A stretch of 64,000 nt of DNA from Pecten maximus. Lineage: Eukaryota. The stretch lies in contig NC_047015.1 in NCBI RefSeq assembly GCF_902652985.1, forward strand, positions 1,674,001-1,738,000. Direction: 5' to 3'. Position numbers and translations under genes: made by a program. The notes under the pieces were generated by a model, which saw only the letters and a list, made by a program, of their open reading frames with translations, ran no database searches and was not told where the DNA came from. Of this stretch, positions 26,562 through 40,429 are shown one piece after another. The number at the start of each line of letters is the position of its first letter. The first letter of the stretch is position 1.

Positions 26562-26676
26562 CTACATACAAAAACATAATCAGATTCACACATTCAGGTC
26601 ACTGCACAATCATCTATATGCCTTTTGTCTGGATTCATAAAAGGTTTAGCTGACTCAACATTCACTGTTGCGATTG

Positions 26677-27937
26677 CAGGGTTGCCAACTCACGCACGTG
26701 AGACGAAAAAGTCACGTAAAAACGTCCCTAAAATGTCCCTTCTCACGTTGAAGCAATCCTCACGTAACGTGAGGTACAAATCTCACACATTGATTAAGTT
26801 TTCTCAAGTTGCCTCACGCGAAGCCATGAAATCGACAACTTTAGCTTGGGACTGGTCAAAGGGGAATAACTCTTACAGTTTTTGTAAAGATTACACCAGG
26901 CGTCGCGCTTCACATCCGGTCGGTAGCGACGGAAGCATGTTCGGAGAGCTGACTTCTAAACGCGATAACTAAGCTTAGGCCTACAAAAATAGTGAGTAAT
27001 ATTCACATTCTCAGTTTATAACTGAACAATCCCTTTGATATTTCGTGAAATATGCCGTCGCCTAAAAGGAAAAAGATCGATATCTGGTCCACTAAGCCTA
27101 AGCTCGCCAAGTTCAAAGAATCGCCATGGGAAAAAAATCACGATTGGTTTTCTAAACGTGTTTTCGTAAAGTAAAGTAGCATGCCTATTGCAAGTTGTTT
27201 AAAGCCAAGTTTTCGATCAGATAAGCGTAGTATGTGATATAAAACGCCACATTTTGTCAGTTGGCATTGAGTTTGTTTTACAGGTAAAGGTTTATATAAT
27301 TACCACAGCTAAAAATTAAACTCTTGACAGATGATAATTAATAAGTAATTGCATTTTATTTTTACTTTTGCAAGACAGTCGGGGAATTCTATATGGCAGT
27401 GACGGACAAAATGATTGCAAAGTTCCCCCTGCATAATCCTTCTTTGTCGAATTGACATGGATTTTTTGGTACCTAGCCATAGAGCTATATACTTTATATT
27501 ATCTACTAGAAATTAAATCCAAAAATCTCAAACGCCTACATGATATAAATAGAACAGTTATCCATTGCTTCAAAACATTTTATAATCTTAACCCTAAAAC
27601 TATTAATAATCAACTTACAAAAACTATTGGAACTTATTTAGTTCTTTAAGTTCCATAACTGGCAGCTAGATTACATATAATGTCACCAAGGATAGAAGGA
27701 TTCACTTGAGGAGAAAATTATTGACTATCAGCTTGCTCCAAAGGAGGAGATTTCAAAGCAAGAAGATATATTAAATAAATGGCTTAAATATGTGTTAATG
27801 TCTGATATTTTTTCTACAACATTTAATCAAATAATAAAACGCCGTGATGCCGTGACGTCGTAAAAAAGTCTCACACATTGCAAGAGCCCAATGTGGGAGA
27901 TCTCCCACATTGGGCTACTTACAGGTTGGCAACCCTG
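26677..27937 (+). mobile_element. Internally deleted hAT-type DNA transposon with a 6-bp TSD, in ERLIN intron 5
   Basis: TIRs CAGGGTTGCCAAC / GTTGGCAACCCTG, flanked by the direct repeat CGATTG on both sides; subterminal (CT)CACG repeats; frameshifted transposase N-terminal remnant at ~27052-27270. Confidence 0.85.
27052..27270 (+). pseudogene. Degenerate transposase N-terminus (NLS plus Zn-finger remnant)
   Basis: Read across frameshifts: MPSPKRKK...KFKES.WEKNHDW...AYCKLFKAKFSI...CDIKRHILSVG; resembles the BED/TTF-type zinc finger of hAT transposases. Confidence 0.6.
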
Positions 27938-28032
27938 CGATTGTAAAGCAAATAAATCCCTCTGGACAAATCCTTTCTGTCTTTGAGTATGCAAGATAAG
28001 AAATGGAATCAAAATAACTAGAGACAGCTTAC

Positions 28033-28220
28033 CAAACAAATCAATGTAGACCTCCTGGAGATTGTTCATGCTACAGAACTGGTTGAGTTCGTGGTGAACC
28101 TTGTTGTAGATGAGCGTTTTATCGTAGTCAGCAGTGTAGTTTCTCACAATGTCGAACACAGCATTGATATCCAGCTTATTGACAACTTCTATGCGGTCAA
28201 AGTATATCATTACTCCTCCA
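28033..28220 (-). CDS. ERLIN1/2: ERLIN coding exon 5 ([14 protein letters not shown]...HHELNQFCS...QEVYIDLF)
   Basis: Highly conserved SPFH core; tag| acceptor and G|GTAAG donor; 188 nt, phases 2/1. Confidence 0.95.
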
Positions 28221-28375
28221 CTAGTAACGAAAAATAATCTCATTAAACGTACTTCACTCAAAACAACGCAAATCCTGGAATGATAGCAATAGCGGAAATA
28301 TCTGTCCTTCCACAAGGACTCAAATTTACCTAGTGTGACTTGAGTCAGGACTTCATAGGACATATTTTGGATATA

Positions 28376-29269
28376 CAGTCGAATCTGTCCAAACGACCAT
28401 CTCTATTTAGCGACCCTCTGTTCTAAGCAACCATTTCAATTCCTCCCGACCGTTTTCGCTATATATTTTAACTCTATTAAGCGACCCTCTGTTTACGCGA
28501 CCAGCGACCACAATTTTTCGTTCCCGTGATAACAATAACTCTCCAATAAGCGACCAGAAGTCTCCAAAATGCCTTACATTACCATTTCGCTTTAATAACA
28601 CCCAAGTAGTTTTACTTTTCGTGCAAAAGGACGGGAGAGGAGGCGAAGAGACGGTCTAGAATTCTGACGATTTTCAGACGTTTTATATACGATATATCAA
28701 TTTGCATGCGAAATATAACAATGAAGGAATGCATAAACAGATAACTTACTGTTAAATCGTGATTTGTTATCTTTTTTGAGACATTAAAACAGATATTTGC
28801 CAGTGAAAAAGTCACCGTTTTTAAAGTAGGAAATGCAGGAATGTAAATAATAATCGGAGCGGATATCCGCACCAGGTTTTCAGGAATTAAAAATATATAT
28901 ATAAATAATTTGAAAGTAATCTAATTAGCCAATGAAATTATATTTCTCATGTTAAATCGATGTATTTTGCTATGCTGAAAGAATTTTAAAAAATACATAT
29001 AATGATGAAAAATTAGCACAGTAATAATTATATAAAAAAAAAAAAAAATTTAAATAAATAAATAAATAAAAGTTTTTTGTTTTGTTTTATTCAAAGTGGT
29101 GGTTCATTTTTCATATATATTATAAACCATTATTGCCAATTTATAAAGTGAATAGAAAGCTTATGAACATTTATTAAATTTAAGATACCATCTCTATTAA
29201 GAAACCACTCTCCATTAAGAGACCGTTTTTCAACTTCCCTTGAGTGGTCGCTTAATACAGATTTGACTG
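28376..29269. mobile_element. Tc1/mariner-superfamily (pogo/Tigger-like) MITE in ERLIN intron 4
   Basis: TA|CAGTCGAATCTGT...ACAGATTTGACTG|TA TIRs with TA duplication; repeated subterminal TAAGCGACC motifs; no transposase ORF. Confidence 0.85.
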
Positions 29270-29487
29270 TAATCCTTTTTTTTGTGTCTCTGTCAGTTGA
29301 ATTTTGGTTTTTTTACTTCAATAGAAGGTATCAGACAAAACAGTAAACAACTAATATAACTCTACGCACAAGAATATGTTTACAAAATCGATGTAAACAG
29401 CTAATACAACTCTACGCACAAGAACATGTTTACAAAATTGATGTATCACTATTACCTTCTTCGGCATGGAACACATATAAAGTTTAC

Positions 29488-29534
29488 CTTGTTCCACATG
29501 GAACATTCTTCACTTCATCTGTTTGCAGAGTTGT
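29488..29534 (-). CDS. ERLIN1/2: ERLIN coding exon 4 (TTLQTDEVKNVPCGTS)
   Basis: Near-invariant erlin motif; ttttag| acceptor and AG|GTAAAC donor; 47 nt. Confidence 0.93.
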
Positions 29535-29761
29535 CTAAAATAGATAAGATCATGTTTTGTATAGCAAGTATTCTCATATAATTAGTTTGTAGATACGAGA
29601 TGTTTAAGTATTATTCTGAGACTTATCATTTAAAGGATATTTGTGAATTAATTCATCACTTAATGTTACTTCCTAGTAGTGTTACCATTTCTGGTAAATT
29701 CTACCTATTTTTAATGACTTTGTTTTACCAGGAAAAGTTGTGTGTCTCTTTCAACAGATAT

Positions 29762-29878
29762 CGCCATCTGAAATTATCCTGATTAAAGCACGTCATCTGG
29801 AATTATCCTGATTAAAGCACATCATCTGGAATTATCCTGATTAAAGCACGTCATCTGGAATTATCCTGATTAAAGCAA
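29762..29878. repeat. 29-bp unit x4 (CATCTGGAATTATCCTGATTAAAGCACGT), ~10 nt from the ERLIN exon 3 donor
   Basis: Four near-identical tandem copies. Confidence 0.93.
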
Positions 29879-29888
29879 TGTCTCTCAC

Positions 29889-29969
29889 CTGTACCGTACG
29901 ATAGCTGGTTAGGAATGGCAACATAAAGTGGTAGCCCGGAGCACTGACCGACGAAAGCAAGGCTCCTCC
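29889..29969 (-). CDS. ERLIN1/2: ERLIN coding exon 3 ([27 protein letters not shown])
   Basis: Conserved erlin sequence; cag| acceptor and CAG|GTGAG donor; 81 nt. Confidence 0.92.
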
Positions 29970-30600
29970 CTGTCACAAAAAATATCAAACATCAAATCAT
30001 GTCCTCCAGAGTAAAATCAAGGCTCCCTAACACAATAAACATATAATATCTACCCGCAATATTGATATACATTTAGACTTATTACATTTGTTTCCCAAAG
30101 AATGAAGTCAAAAACTGTATTAAAATTGGTCCATCTAGTTCCGAGGTACTGACCCCCAAATTGCTCCATTTACAGTACACCTGTCAATATATTTCTAATG
30201 AGCAAACTGGTGACTCATACTGAATGAGAGCTTTCTGGCTGTGACGTCACAATTTCGTGGTATAAAACTTAATATTATTGTAAATCATTCTGGGTACGCT
30301 TTAACATCAAGTCCCATCCTTAAGAGTATAATTACCAGGATGAAAGCCTGGCCCTCCCTCACACAAGAAATATTTAACATCAAATTCTATCATTCTGAGT
30401 ATAATTACTAGTATTCTTTATAATGTATTTAGATGTTCTATTTACTAAGTAAGAATTACATGTAAATATGACAAAGACATTGATGGATGATTGTGGTTAT
30501 GTGTACAGATAATTAAGATACTTTATCAAATGTAGATATGATGAGAAAGTAACTCTAACAGATGATACATATCTTACTGATAAAACAATAGAAAACTTAC

Positions 30601-30623
30601 CCTGTAGTATACTCCAACATGAC
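30601..30623 (-). CDS. ERLIN1/2: ERLIN coding exon 2, 23-nt microexon (GHVGVYYR)
   Basis: tttgtag|GTCATGTTGGAGTATACTACAGG|GTAAG supplies the conserved GHVGVYYR with phases 1/0 matching its neighbours. Confidence 0.88.
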
Positions 30624-30872
30624 CTACAAAAACATGATTTAAATGAATGTTAAATAATGTTTCAAGAAGTCACCAGGGTCATTAAAATAACTATTACAAA
30701 CATCTACTAAATGACTGATGATCAGGTGATAAACAAAAAGTTTACCAGGCAAGTAAATACTTGTATACAATGTTAACAGTATTTACTAAGTACCGTTAAC
30801 ATTGTATACAGAATCAAGTAAATAGTATTAATATTGTATACAGAGCAATACTACAAGAAGCCAATTTATTAC

Positions 30873-30960
30873 CTTCTCCTATCTTGTGGATGGAGACATT
30901 GATCAGGAGTCCAACACCAACAGCAAGTATTCCCACACCAATAATTCCTGATTGTGACAT
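30873..30960 (-). CDS. ERLIN1/2: ERLIN1/2 (ER lipid raft-associated SPFH/band 7 protein) coding exon 1
   Basis: MSQSGIIGVGILAVGVGLLINVSIHKIGE(G): N-terminal TM anchor plus the conserved HKI.EG; G|GTAAT donor; upstream acceptor at 30983/30982 implies a 5' UTR intron. Confidence 0.9.
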
Positions 30961-33629
30961 CGTTCAGCAGCAACGTTCAGCACTAAGAAACAAAATAGAA
31001 AATTGTACAAATGTATTGATTTCAATTTTGTGTGTTACTTTATGTCTTATCACAGCACTCACGGTCAGGCCACTGAAAAATAGTTGATTGTAAGGCGACT
31101 GATAATATGAATGTGAAGGTTAAGCGACAGGGCTTCAAAGTTCAAAACGGAACAATTGCAAGAAGTCTGTGGAAATATACAATGAATGTCTCTTGCCATC
31201 CCTGAAGTCCAAAACAACATTAAAATTTAGAGCCAATTCAACTATCTGATTGAACGAGCTACACATGTTTTTGATATAATGTATCTAATTATCCTAAACC
31301 TCTGTTGGTATGTACATCACTTCCAAATGAGAAAATGAAAATGACAGAAACGCAAATTCGCTCTCTAGATCAAGGTTGTTTAGTCTGTTCATAAGTCAAA
31401 GATCGATTATAACACAATAGATCTGTGTATGTGTATATAGAGAGAATTGATCTTTGACTTGTGAGAGTGCAAAACACCTCTAGACATGCCTACCATTCAA
31501 GTTCAATCTAGTTTCTTTTAGCAGATTCAATGAAACAGGATTAATGTAAACGGTACATATAAATAGAAAATGACAAACGCCACGTCTTTAACACATCGTG
31601 CTGACGTGCTGTTCAATCTCACTCAGATGTTATATGTATACGGATGATGTAAGAACGTGTCTAAAACATACGTGTCGTCACCGGATAATGTGATACAGAC
31701 AACGCAAAATCGGCGAAACCGAGTCAAATAAGATACTATTAATAACAAAGTAACATCACACGTCAATATCGAGAGACTGTGTTATGTTTATGTTGTTACA
31801 ACATGCATGTACAATCACTTTATCGTTGGTTAACCAGCGAAACATTAGGCAGTCAACCGGCTTAAAGTGACATGACTGTCAAGTTGCTTGAATGGTGGTC
31901 AAACACACGTACGATAGTGGACAAGCATAAAGATAGGCCTGCCATTACAAGAGTTACAATTACCCTAGAGAAGTCGAAAAATCCTAAATATTAACACGGC
32001 AGACAACAAAGAAATCAGTCAGTAACTTCGCTTTCCTGGATGAGGATGGTCATATCATGGAGGACGCCATTTATACAAAGCTAGCATATTATTTCGAGGA
32101 TGTTTTCGTATAAAATAAGCATAGTTCAAACGCGGTGGTGGTTTTCGTATAAAATAGAGACTTGTCTATATCAGATAGTTCATACGCTCGATATTCACTA
32201 TCATATGAAGAATTATATTATGTATCAAAGGAATTGAGTTCCTGATGTTAAAAAAACAAACAAACAGAAAAATCAAACAAACAGGAACGAACTGATTGAT
32301 ATAAATCTTTTCTGGATCAAAAAATCATTTTCTGATAGAGAAAATAGTGATCACACTTTATAATAATATTTGAAAAAAAAATCATGGCGTGGTATCATAT
32401 GTAGTCGAATTTCACTTTGTACAAACTGCTTCCATCTATATATAAAATAAACCTTACCAGAAATACTATATGTTTGCATGATAGATATAGTTACCGAATT
32501 TAAGTCCGTTATAGAAAATAGAAATAAAAAACATTATATGGGTAACTGTGAAGATCTTTAGTACACATATTCAATTAAATCCAACAACGACTAGGGTATA
32601 TTATTGGAAGAATGTTAATTTACCTGGATGAAATCATGTTCAAACTTTTAGTTTCAGGAGAAATCTTAGAGAGGCTTATATTCATGTTTCAGCAGTTGTC
32701 AGAGATTGATTCCGTAAGGTGGACGTAAAAGCCGTTAAATAGATAAATAAATTGAAAAAAATTGGATCAATCAAACGAAATAGATAAAAAAAAAAAGTTT
32801 TTGGTATCTATTAAATGGTTCGACAATACAGCGACATTTTCAAACAGAACTTATGTATGACGGTCAAATGCTACAGGGACCAAATGTATTGCAAACAAAT
32901 GGCCATCTCATTACATAAACATTTAAAAAAAAAAATGAAGTACTGCAGTTGCTCTAACGCTAAAATTCTTGTGCAATTTTATCTGTTGACAATGTTTTAT
33001 ACGGTTTTTTTCTGTTGGAATTGTATCACAATCAGGATTTCCCTCATTTTTCAGCAAGTCAATATGCAGTTCTCCCTTTGGTTCAATACTGTACAGATAA
33101 CATATTTGGACCTGACCATCCTCACATGTCTATTGTGTTAATTTTAGTTCATCAAAAGCCGTTTGAATGTGTTTGCACAGTTGTAATATTTATTATGGTT
33201 GATGTTAATTAACTTGTTCCAGTCAACTTTGTTGAGTTCCATTACAGGAACGCACCTGTCAAATGTAACTAATTTAGATCCTTTTGGTTTTGTGAAGTAG
33301 TTTTAAGGTAGGAAATGAATGTCAGATAGACGTTACAACATTTTAAAGCGTTTTACCAGGGTCATTGTATTAAGATTGTATTCGTGATTAAGATTATTCC
33401 GACGCTCAACTCTAAGATGAGTTGAATCTGAAAGAATGAATAACTTAGTCGAGCTATACTAAGTTTGAAGGAAACCCACCATATTCTGATTCAGTTATTG
33501 CACGGAAAGACTATAGATGGTATCTTTTCTCAATAAATGGGCCATAAGTCCACCGATGGTTGCAATCGAACATGGTCGAGCTGTTAAGGCATTACAACTT
33601 ATCAAGTTTGTTGGAAATCCGGCTTGGTG

Positions 33630-34368
33630 ATGTGACATTGTCCAATAGTATTTTATGTGCATTTTATTCCCGCTCGGACGAGAAGATGTGACTTTTGTCT
33701 AATAGTATTTTATGTGTATTTTATCCCAAATCCTATGAGAAGATGTGACATTCGTCTAATAGTATTTTATCTGCAATCGGATGAAAAGATGTGACATTTG
33801 TCTAATAGTATTTTATGTGTATTTTATCCCCACTCGGTTGAGAAGATTTGACTTTTGTCTAATAGTATTTTATGTGTATTTTATCCCCACTCGGATGAGA
33901 AGATGTGATATTTGTCTAATAGTATTTTATGTGTATGCTACCCCATCTCCTATGAGAACATGACATTTGTCTAATAGTATTTTATGTGTATTTTATCCCC
34001 ACTCGGATGAAAAGATGTGACATTTGTCTAATAGTATTTTATGTGTATTTTATCCCCACTCGGATGAGATGATGTGACATTTGTCTAATAGTATTTTATG
34101 TGTATTTTATCCCCACTCGGATGAAAAGATGTGACATTTGTCTAATAGTATTTTATGTGTATTTTATCCCCACTCGGATGAAAAGATGTGACATTTGTCT
34201 AATAGTATTTTATGTGTATTTTATCCCCACTCGGATGAGATGATGTGACATTTGTCTAATAGTATTTTATGTGTCTTTTATCCCAAATCCTATGAGAAGA
34301 TGTGACTTTTGTCTAATAGTATTTTATGTGTATTTTATCCCCACTCGGTTGAGAAGATGTGACTTTTG
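33630..34368. repeat. Minisatellite, 57-bp unit (GATGTGACATTTGTCTAATAGTATTTTATGTGTATTTTATCCCCACTCGGATGAAAA)
   Basis: About 13 copies. Confidence 0.96.
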
Positions 34369-36009
34369 GATACCTAAGTAACGCCTCGAGCTTGTTCATT
34401 TTCCGTACGAAGATTTATAGATTTTCGATACATGTATTTGTAGTTAGGCTTGATATGCCTTGACACCTCCCAGTCTCACATAAATGATGTCAATGGAGGA
34501 CAATAGTCCGTCCTGATCAGTTGATGTCACTGACCTAGACGCCATGATGTATTCCGCTGTATGTTTGAACACGTTTGTATTGGTTTGATCGACTGAGATA
34601 TATTCAGTGCACGAGAAAGTGTGTCTCCCAATATTCAGAGCAGGATCTATTTTGACATCTACTTCGGCCTACTTCTCTCACAAACTTAACTTACTTACAA
34701 TCTGTAAATTTGAAATAGTTCCTTTAGTTAAAGACCTGTGAAACCAGGATAAGACAAATGACCCGATGTGATGCTTCTAAATTTGAGCACAGTTCTTAAA
34801 GAAAAATACTAAAGGGACACCACTATTTGTACTGTCGAAACCATTGATGTACAGATAATGGGTTAGTAAAAACAACCTTTCCAGTAGAGTTCTGTTCTGT
34901 TTCCCCTCGACCATTACAAGCAGACCAGAGGACACCCTACAATGTTAGTTTATAAAACTGACAGCGTTTATATTTTCTCAAGCTTATATAATATTTTGTA
35001 CATTTTGAAATAACTTTATTCACTTATTCGTTAACTATTTATATTAGTAATTTGTTATTTTTATCCGATTTATGGTATGGTATTTAGTTATTTAATAATT
35101 TCTTTTTCAGTTTTTGCATTTGTAACATATTAAGAAGAAAAATAAAAGATGAAAATAAGAAAATGAAAAAATACGAATGTAAAAACAAATTTCGATATAT
35201 CTGCTTCATCATTGTTGTTTTATGTTTAAAATCTGTAACATTCATATGTATTCCAAATATTTAATGATGCTTACTAATTGTAATGAATATGGAAAGTGTT
35301 GGATTTTTCTTAATTGAATTTGTTTCATTTGTTCATTATCACAGGGGGACATGCTACCTCGCATATGTCACACAAATAATACAATGCAAGGTTCACACTA
35401 TGTTCAGATAATTTAAATGCTGATTAAGGTCGATTGAGCACAGAGTTAAACGATTTTGTACCATGTTCACTAATGATGACATTGAAGACGTATTTCAACT
35501 CATACTTAATGAGTTATATGTTGACTGGAGACCGGGGGACCTTAAGCCTATTACAAATGACCTTGTGTTGTTAACGCACCTTAGTCCTAAGAAGTAAATA
35601 AGTCGGGGTTTTTTTTTATCATGAAGTTCAAAACGCCTAAACGTGCAGCATAATACGATGTCTCTCAGCGTATTGTTGGATACTGCAATATAACAATGGA
35701 AAATCATATTGTATAAAATGACATCATAGTCAAGTCATTATTGATATTGTTTTACTACAAACATCTTTTTTTAAATACTGAATCAATATCAAACTAGTAT
35801 GACGTAACAAGTATGTATACCACATGACACACAATACACGTGTAGGTATTGTACTTTTGTAGTACAGGGCATACTATCATTCTATTGTCATCATTATAAC
35901 TACACTGTAATATATAATTACATCATATTGTAATTAGAGGAACAATAGACATTTACACCTATAGTAATTATGAAGTCTTTTGTCACAAGGATAATTAGGA
36001 ATGCATGGT

Positions 36010-36918
36010 TGTCAATAACATTCTACTGTCTCAGTTCTCTCATATAAATAGTACACTACAGGTGTGTCTCTATATAACATTCTACTGTCTCAGTTCTCTC
36101 ATATAAATAGTACACTACAGGTGTGACTCTCTATATAACATTCTACTGTCTCAGTTCTCTCATATAAATAGTACACTACAGGTGTGTCTCTATATAACAT
36201 TCTACTGTCTCAGTTCTCTCATATAAATAGTACACTACAGGTGTGACTCTGTCAATAACATTCTACTGTCTCAGTTCTCTCATATAAATAGTACACTACA
36301 GGTGTGTCTCTATATAACATTCTACTGTCTCAGTTCTCTCATATAAATAGTACACTACAGGTGTGACTCTCTATATAACATTCTACTGTCTCAGTTCTCT
36401 CATATAAATAGTACACTACAGGTGTGACTCTGTCAATAACATTCTACTGTCTCAGTTCTCTCATATAAATAGTACACTACAGGTGTGACTCTCTATATAA
36501 CATTCTACTGTCTCAGTTCTCTCATATAAATAGTACACTACAGGTGTGACTCTATATATAACATTCTACTGTCTCAGTTCTCTCATATAAATAGTACACT
36601 ACAGGTGTGTCTCTATATAACATTCTACTGTCTCAGTTCTCTCATATAAATAGTACACTACAGGTGTGACTCTCTATATAACATTCTACTGTCTCAGTTC
36701 TCTCCTATAAATAGTACACTACAGGTGTGTCTCTATATAACATTCTACTGTCTCAGTTCTCTCCTATAAATAGTACACTACAGGTGTGACTCTCTATATA
36801 ACATTCTACTGTCTCAGTTCTCTCATATAAATAGTACACTACAGGTGTGTCTCTATATAACATTCTACTGTCTCAGTTCTCTCATATAAATAGTACACTA
36901 CAGGTGTGACTCTGTCAA
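36010..36918. repeat. Minisatellite, 59/61-bp unit (TAACATTCTACTGTCTCAGTTCTCTCATATAAATAGTACACTACAGGTGTG...)
   Basis: About 15 copies, bounded by TGTCAAT at both ends. Confidence 0.97.
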
Positions 36919-38684
36919 TTTACTATCAATAATTGTTGTATATTGTTGTAAATCTGACACATATTTCTATAAACAAGGAACGCTAGTATATGTTTTTGAC
37001 ATATAATTTATTATAATTATATACCTATACAGTTTATCCGATATATACAGAGATATTTGAGTATTAGACGATATAGAAATGACACAATACTTTGTTGATT
37101 ATAAATAAAGACAATACAGAAGTATTAACGGACGATGTAATCTGATTCATAGTGTGTAAACACACAAGTTTTATACATCGTACATATAAGACATGAACAT
37201 AAAAAGTTTCGCGCTTATGACGAGGCGCTTTTTGAATCACTCGTGTCATAATGACATGTGCACATAAAACGATGACGCCTCTCGAAACATACTCTCTGTC
37301 CGAATACATACTGGTTTTAATTCTCACGACAGATGTGTGAACCTCCAGATAATCTCGTCACGTGAATATCATGTGACAATCCTGTGTGTCCTCGCCCGTC
37401 GACTTTGCCACATTACCTATGTTAGTTGATATATATATAACTCTATATATAGAGAACATCTTTGGTACTACATGATCAATAACACAATAAACACTAATAT
37501 TAACTGGCCTCTTACTCGAACATAGTCATTTAAACATTCATTTTAAGTCGGAGTATCCATTCCAACACTTGCGTTCAAACATTCATCCCCGTTGATATTG
37601 AGTGTCTACTCGAACACTGGCGTTTAAACATTTATTTCCGATTAGATCGGAGAATGAAGCAAAACATTGCGATCTTCTTCCCATACGCAACTAGAACACG
37701 TGACAGCTTTCATACATCACACTTGAACATATCTGTCTACTTAACACCATTTAAAGATAAAAGAAATGCAGATCATATCAACTAGACATATTTTCGTATT
37801 GCCGATAAAACGGAAAACATAATATGATGGAATACCCGTATATATCATGATTGATACGTTTTTGAAGTAGAAGAGTATAAACAAACAAATCGTAATATTG
37901 GCCATCTTTGAATTCTTTCTGAAGCTTTTATACCGAGCTTATAAAAGAATACATGAGAATATAAATAAAATATTTTATAAAAAAGGGAAGATTTTACGAT
38001 GTAAAATATGAAATGAATGACAATCTAGATTTTAAGATGTAAAATATGAAATAAATGACAATCTATTGAAAATATAAAGTAAAAGAGTGTATGATGGATT
38101 ACAATATTGTATTTTTATACAATACATATTCCAAATTGCCTTAAATCATATTTTGACAATTTAAACATCAGGTAAAGTGGAATTTCACACCTTTTGTCAA
38201 CGATTTGGCAAGACTCTGTTGGCAATTGTTAGTAATCAGCCTGTTCAGTGTTATACAAGGCCATGACTTGTGATTGTGTCCTTATCAACAGTATCCACGA
38301 CCAGCTTTAATTGGCTACCATTTCGTAGAGGAATTCATGGCAGCCATCTTGTGTACACCTTTGGATTTCTAGGACCAGGTGCAGGCAAGCAACTCTTCCG
38401 TGGTTCTTGACATAAGCGAATCCGAGTTCTGTAAGGTCACGATACTGGTCCGCTGTATAGTTGACTGGAATGTACTGCATCACGCTTGAAAAATAAATCA
38501 GGAAACTGAAGTAATATCCAGATGAAGTGACAAATGACAAACATTTGCATAGTAAGGATATAAAACAAGAATTATATAACAAGCTGAGTGTACAATACCG
38601 AGACGTACAGAGATTCCGTATCCATCCACAACTTACACAATGACGAAATGTAACATACATTCTCATATCTTATACATGTATACC

Positions 38685-40197
38685 TAACCATGCTTATTGT
38701 ACAGTGACCCGAGATGTAACATATATTATATACCCAACCATGCTTATTGTACAGTGACCCGAGATGTAACATATATTATATACCCAACCATGCTTATTGT
38801 ACAGTGACCCGAGATGTAACATATATTATATACCCAACCATGCTTATTGTACAGTGACCCGAGATGTAACATATATTATATACCCAACCATGCTTATTGT
38901 ACAGTGACGCGAGATGTAACATATATTATATACCCAACCATGCTTATTGTATAGTGACCCGAGATGTAACATATATTATATACCCAACCATGCTTATTGT
39001 ACAGTGACGCGAGATATAACATATATTATATACCCAACCATGCTTATTGTACAGTGACCCGAGATATAACATATTATACCTAACATGCTTATTGTACAGT
39101 GACGCGAGATGTAACATATATTATATATCAAACCATGCTTATTGTATAGTGACCCGAGATGTAACATATATTCTATACCCAACCATGCTTATTGTATAGT
39201 GACCCGAGATGTAACATATATTATATACCCAACCATGCTTATTGTTCAGTGACGTGAGGTGTAACATATATTCTATACCCAACCATGCTTATTGTATAGT
39301 GACGCGAGATGTAACATATATTATATACCCAACCATGCTTATTGTATAGTGACCCGAGATGTAACATATATTATATACCCAACCATGCTTATTGTTCAGT
39401 GACGCGAAATGTAACATATATTATATACCCAACCATGCTTATTGTATAGTGACAGGAGATATAACATATATTATATACCCAACCATGCTTATTGTATAGT
39501 GACAGGAGATATAACATATATTATATACCCAACCATGCTTATTGTACAGTGACGTGAGGTGTAACATATATTATATACCCAACCATGCTTATTGTATAGT
39601 GACGCGAGATGTAACATATATTATATACCCAACCATGCTTATTGTATAGTGACCCGAGATGTAACATATATTATATACCCAACCATGCTTATTGTTCAGT
39701 GACGCGAAATGTAACATATATTATATACCCAACCATGCTTATTGTATAGTGACAGGAGATATAACATATATTATATACCCAACCATGCTTATTGTACAGT
39801 GACGCGAGGTGTAACATATATTCTATACCCAACCATGCTTATTGTTCAGTGACAGGAGATATAACATATATTATATACCCAACCATGCTTATTGTACAGT
39901 GACGCGAGATGTAACATACTATACCTAACATGCTTATTGTACAGTGACCCGAGATATAACATATATTATATACCCAACCATGCTTATTGTACAGTGACCC
40001 GAGATGTAACATATATTATATACCCAACCATGCTTATTGTATAGTGACGCGAGATGTAACATATATTATATACCCAACCATGCTTATTGTATGGTGACGC
40101 GAGGTGTAACATATATTATATACCTAACATGCTTATTGTATAGTGACCCGAGATGTAACATATATTCTATACCCAACCATGCTTATTGTACAGTGAC
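38685..40197. repeat. Minisatellite, 50-bp unit (GAGATGTAACATATATTATATACCCAACCATGCTTATTGTACAGTGACCC), just 3' of the gene-3 stop codon
   Basis: About 30 copies; contains a block duplication with 300-bp period. Confidence 0.98.
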
Positions 40198-40230
40198 GGT
40201 AAAGTGGATTTAAAGATGAGAAGATGTACC

Positions 40231-40325
40231 TCAGACGAAAGGCTGTGGTGACTGTGCCCTACTTTCACCATCATCATCGGACAGATAGTTGTCTAGGAAA
40301 CCAAATGCAGCAGATACTTGCTTTC
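40231..40325 (-). CDS. Uncharacterised membrane protein, last coding exon (GKQVSAAFGFLDNYLSDDDGESRAQSPQPFV*)
   Basis: atttcag| acceptor, phase 1 consistent, TGA at 40233-40231; total CDS 1368 nt = 455 aa + stop. Confidence 0.75.
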
Positions 40326-40383
40326 CTGAAATATTCAAACAATTCACAATCTGTCAATTAGTTGCATGATGGTAACACCTACT

Positions 40384-40419
<36 letters not shown>

Positions 40420-40429
40420 TTTCTAATAA

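Noticed and set aside
26625-26972. 115-aa plus-strand ORF
   Set aside because: It crosses the left TIR and subterminal repeats of the hAT element; I see no recognisable domain.
27827-28363. 178-aa ORF as a standalone gene
   Set aside because: Only 28033-28220 is erlin-like and bounded by splice sites; the remainder is intron read-through.
31960-32075. Possible distal ERLIN first exon (YY1-like AAATGGCG plus AGG|GTAATT donor); an alternative donor lies at 31063
   Set aside because: Motifs alone cannot distinguish the candidates; this needs transcript data.
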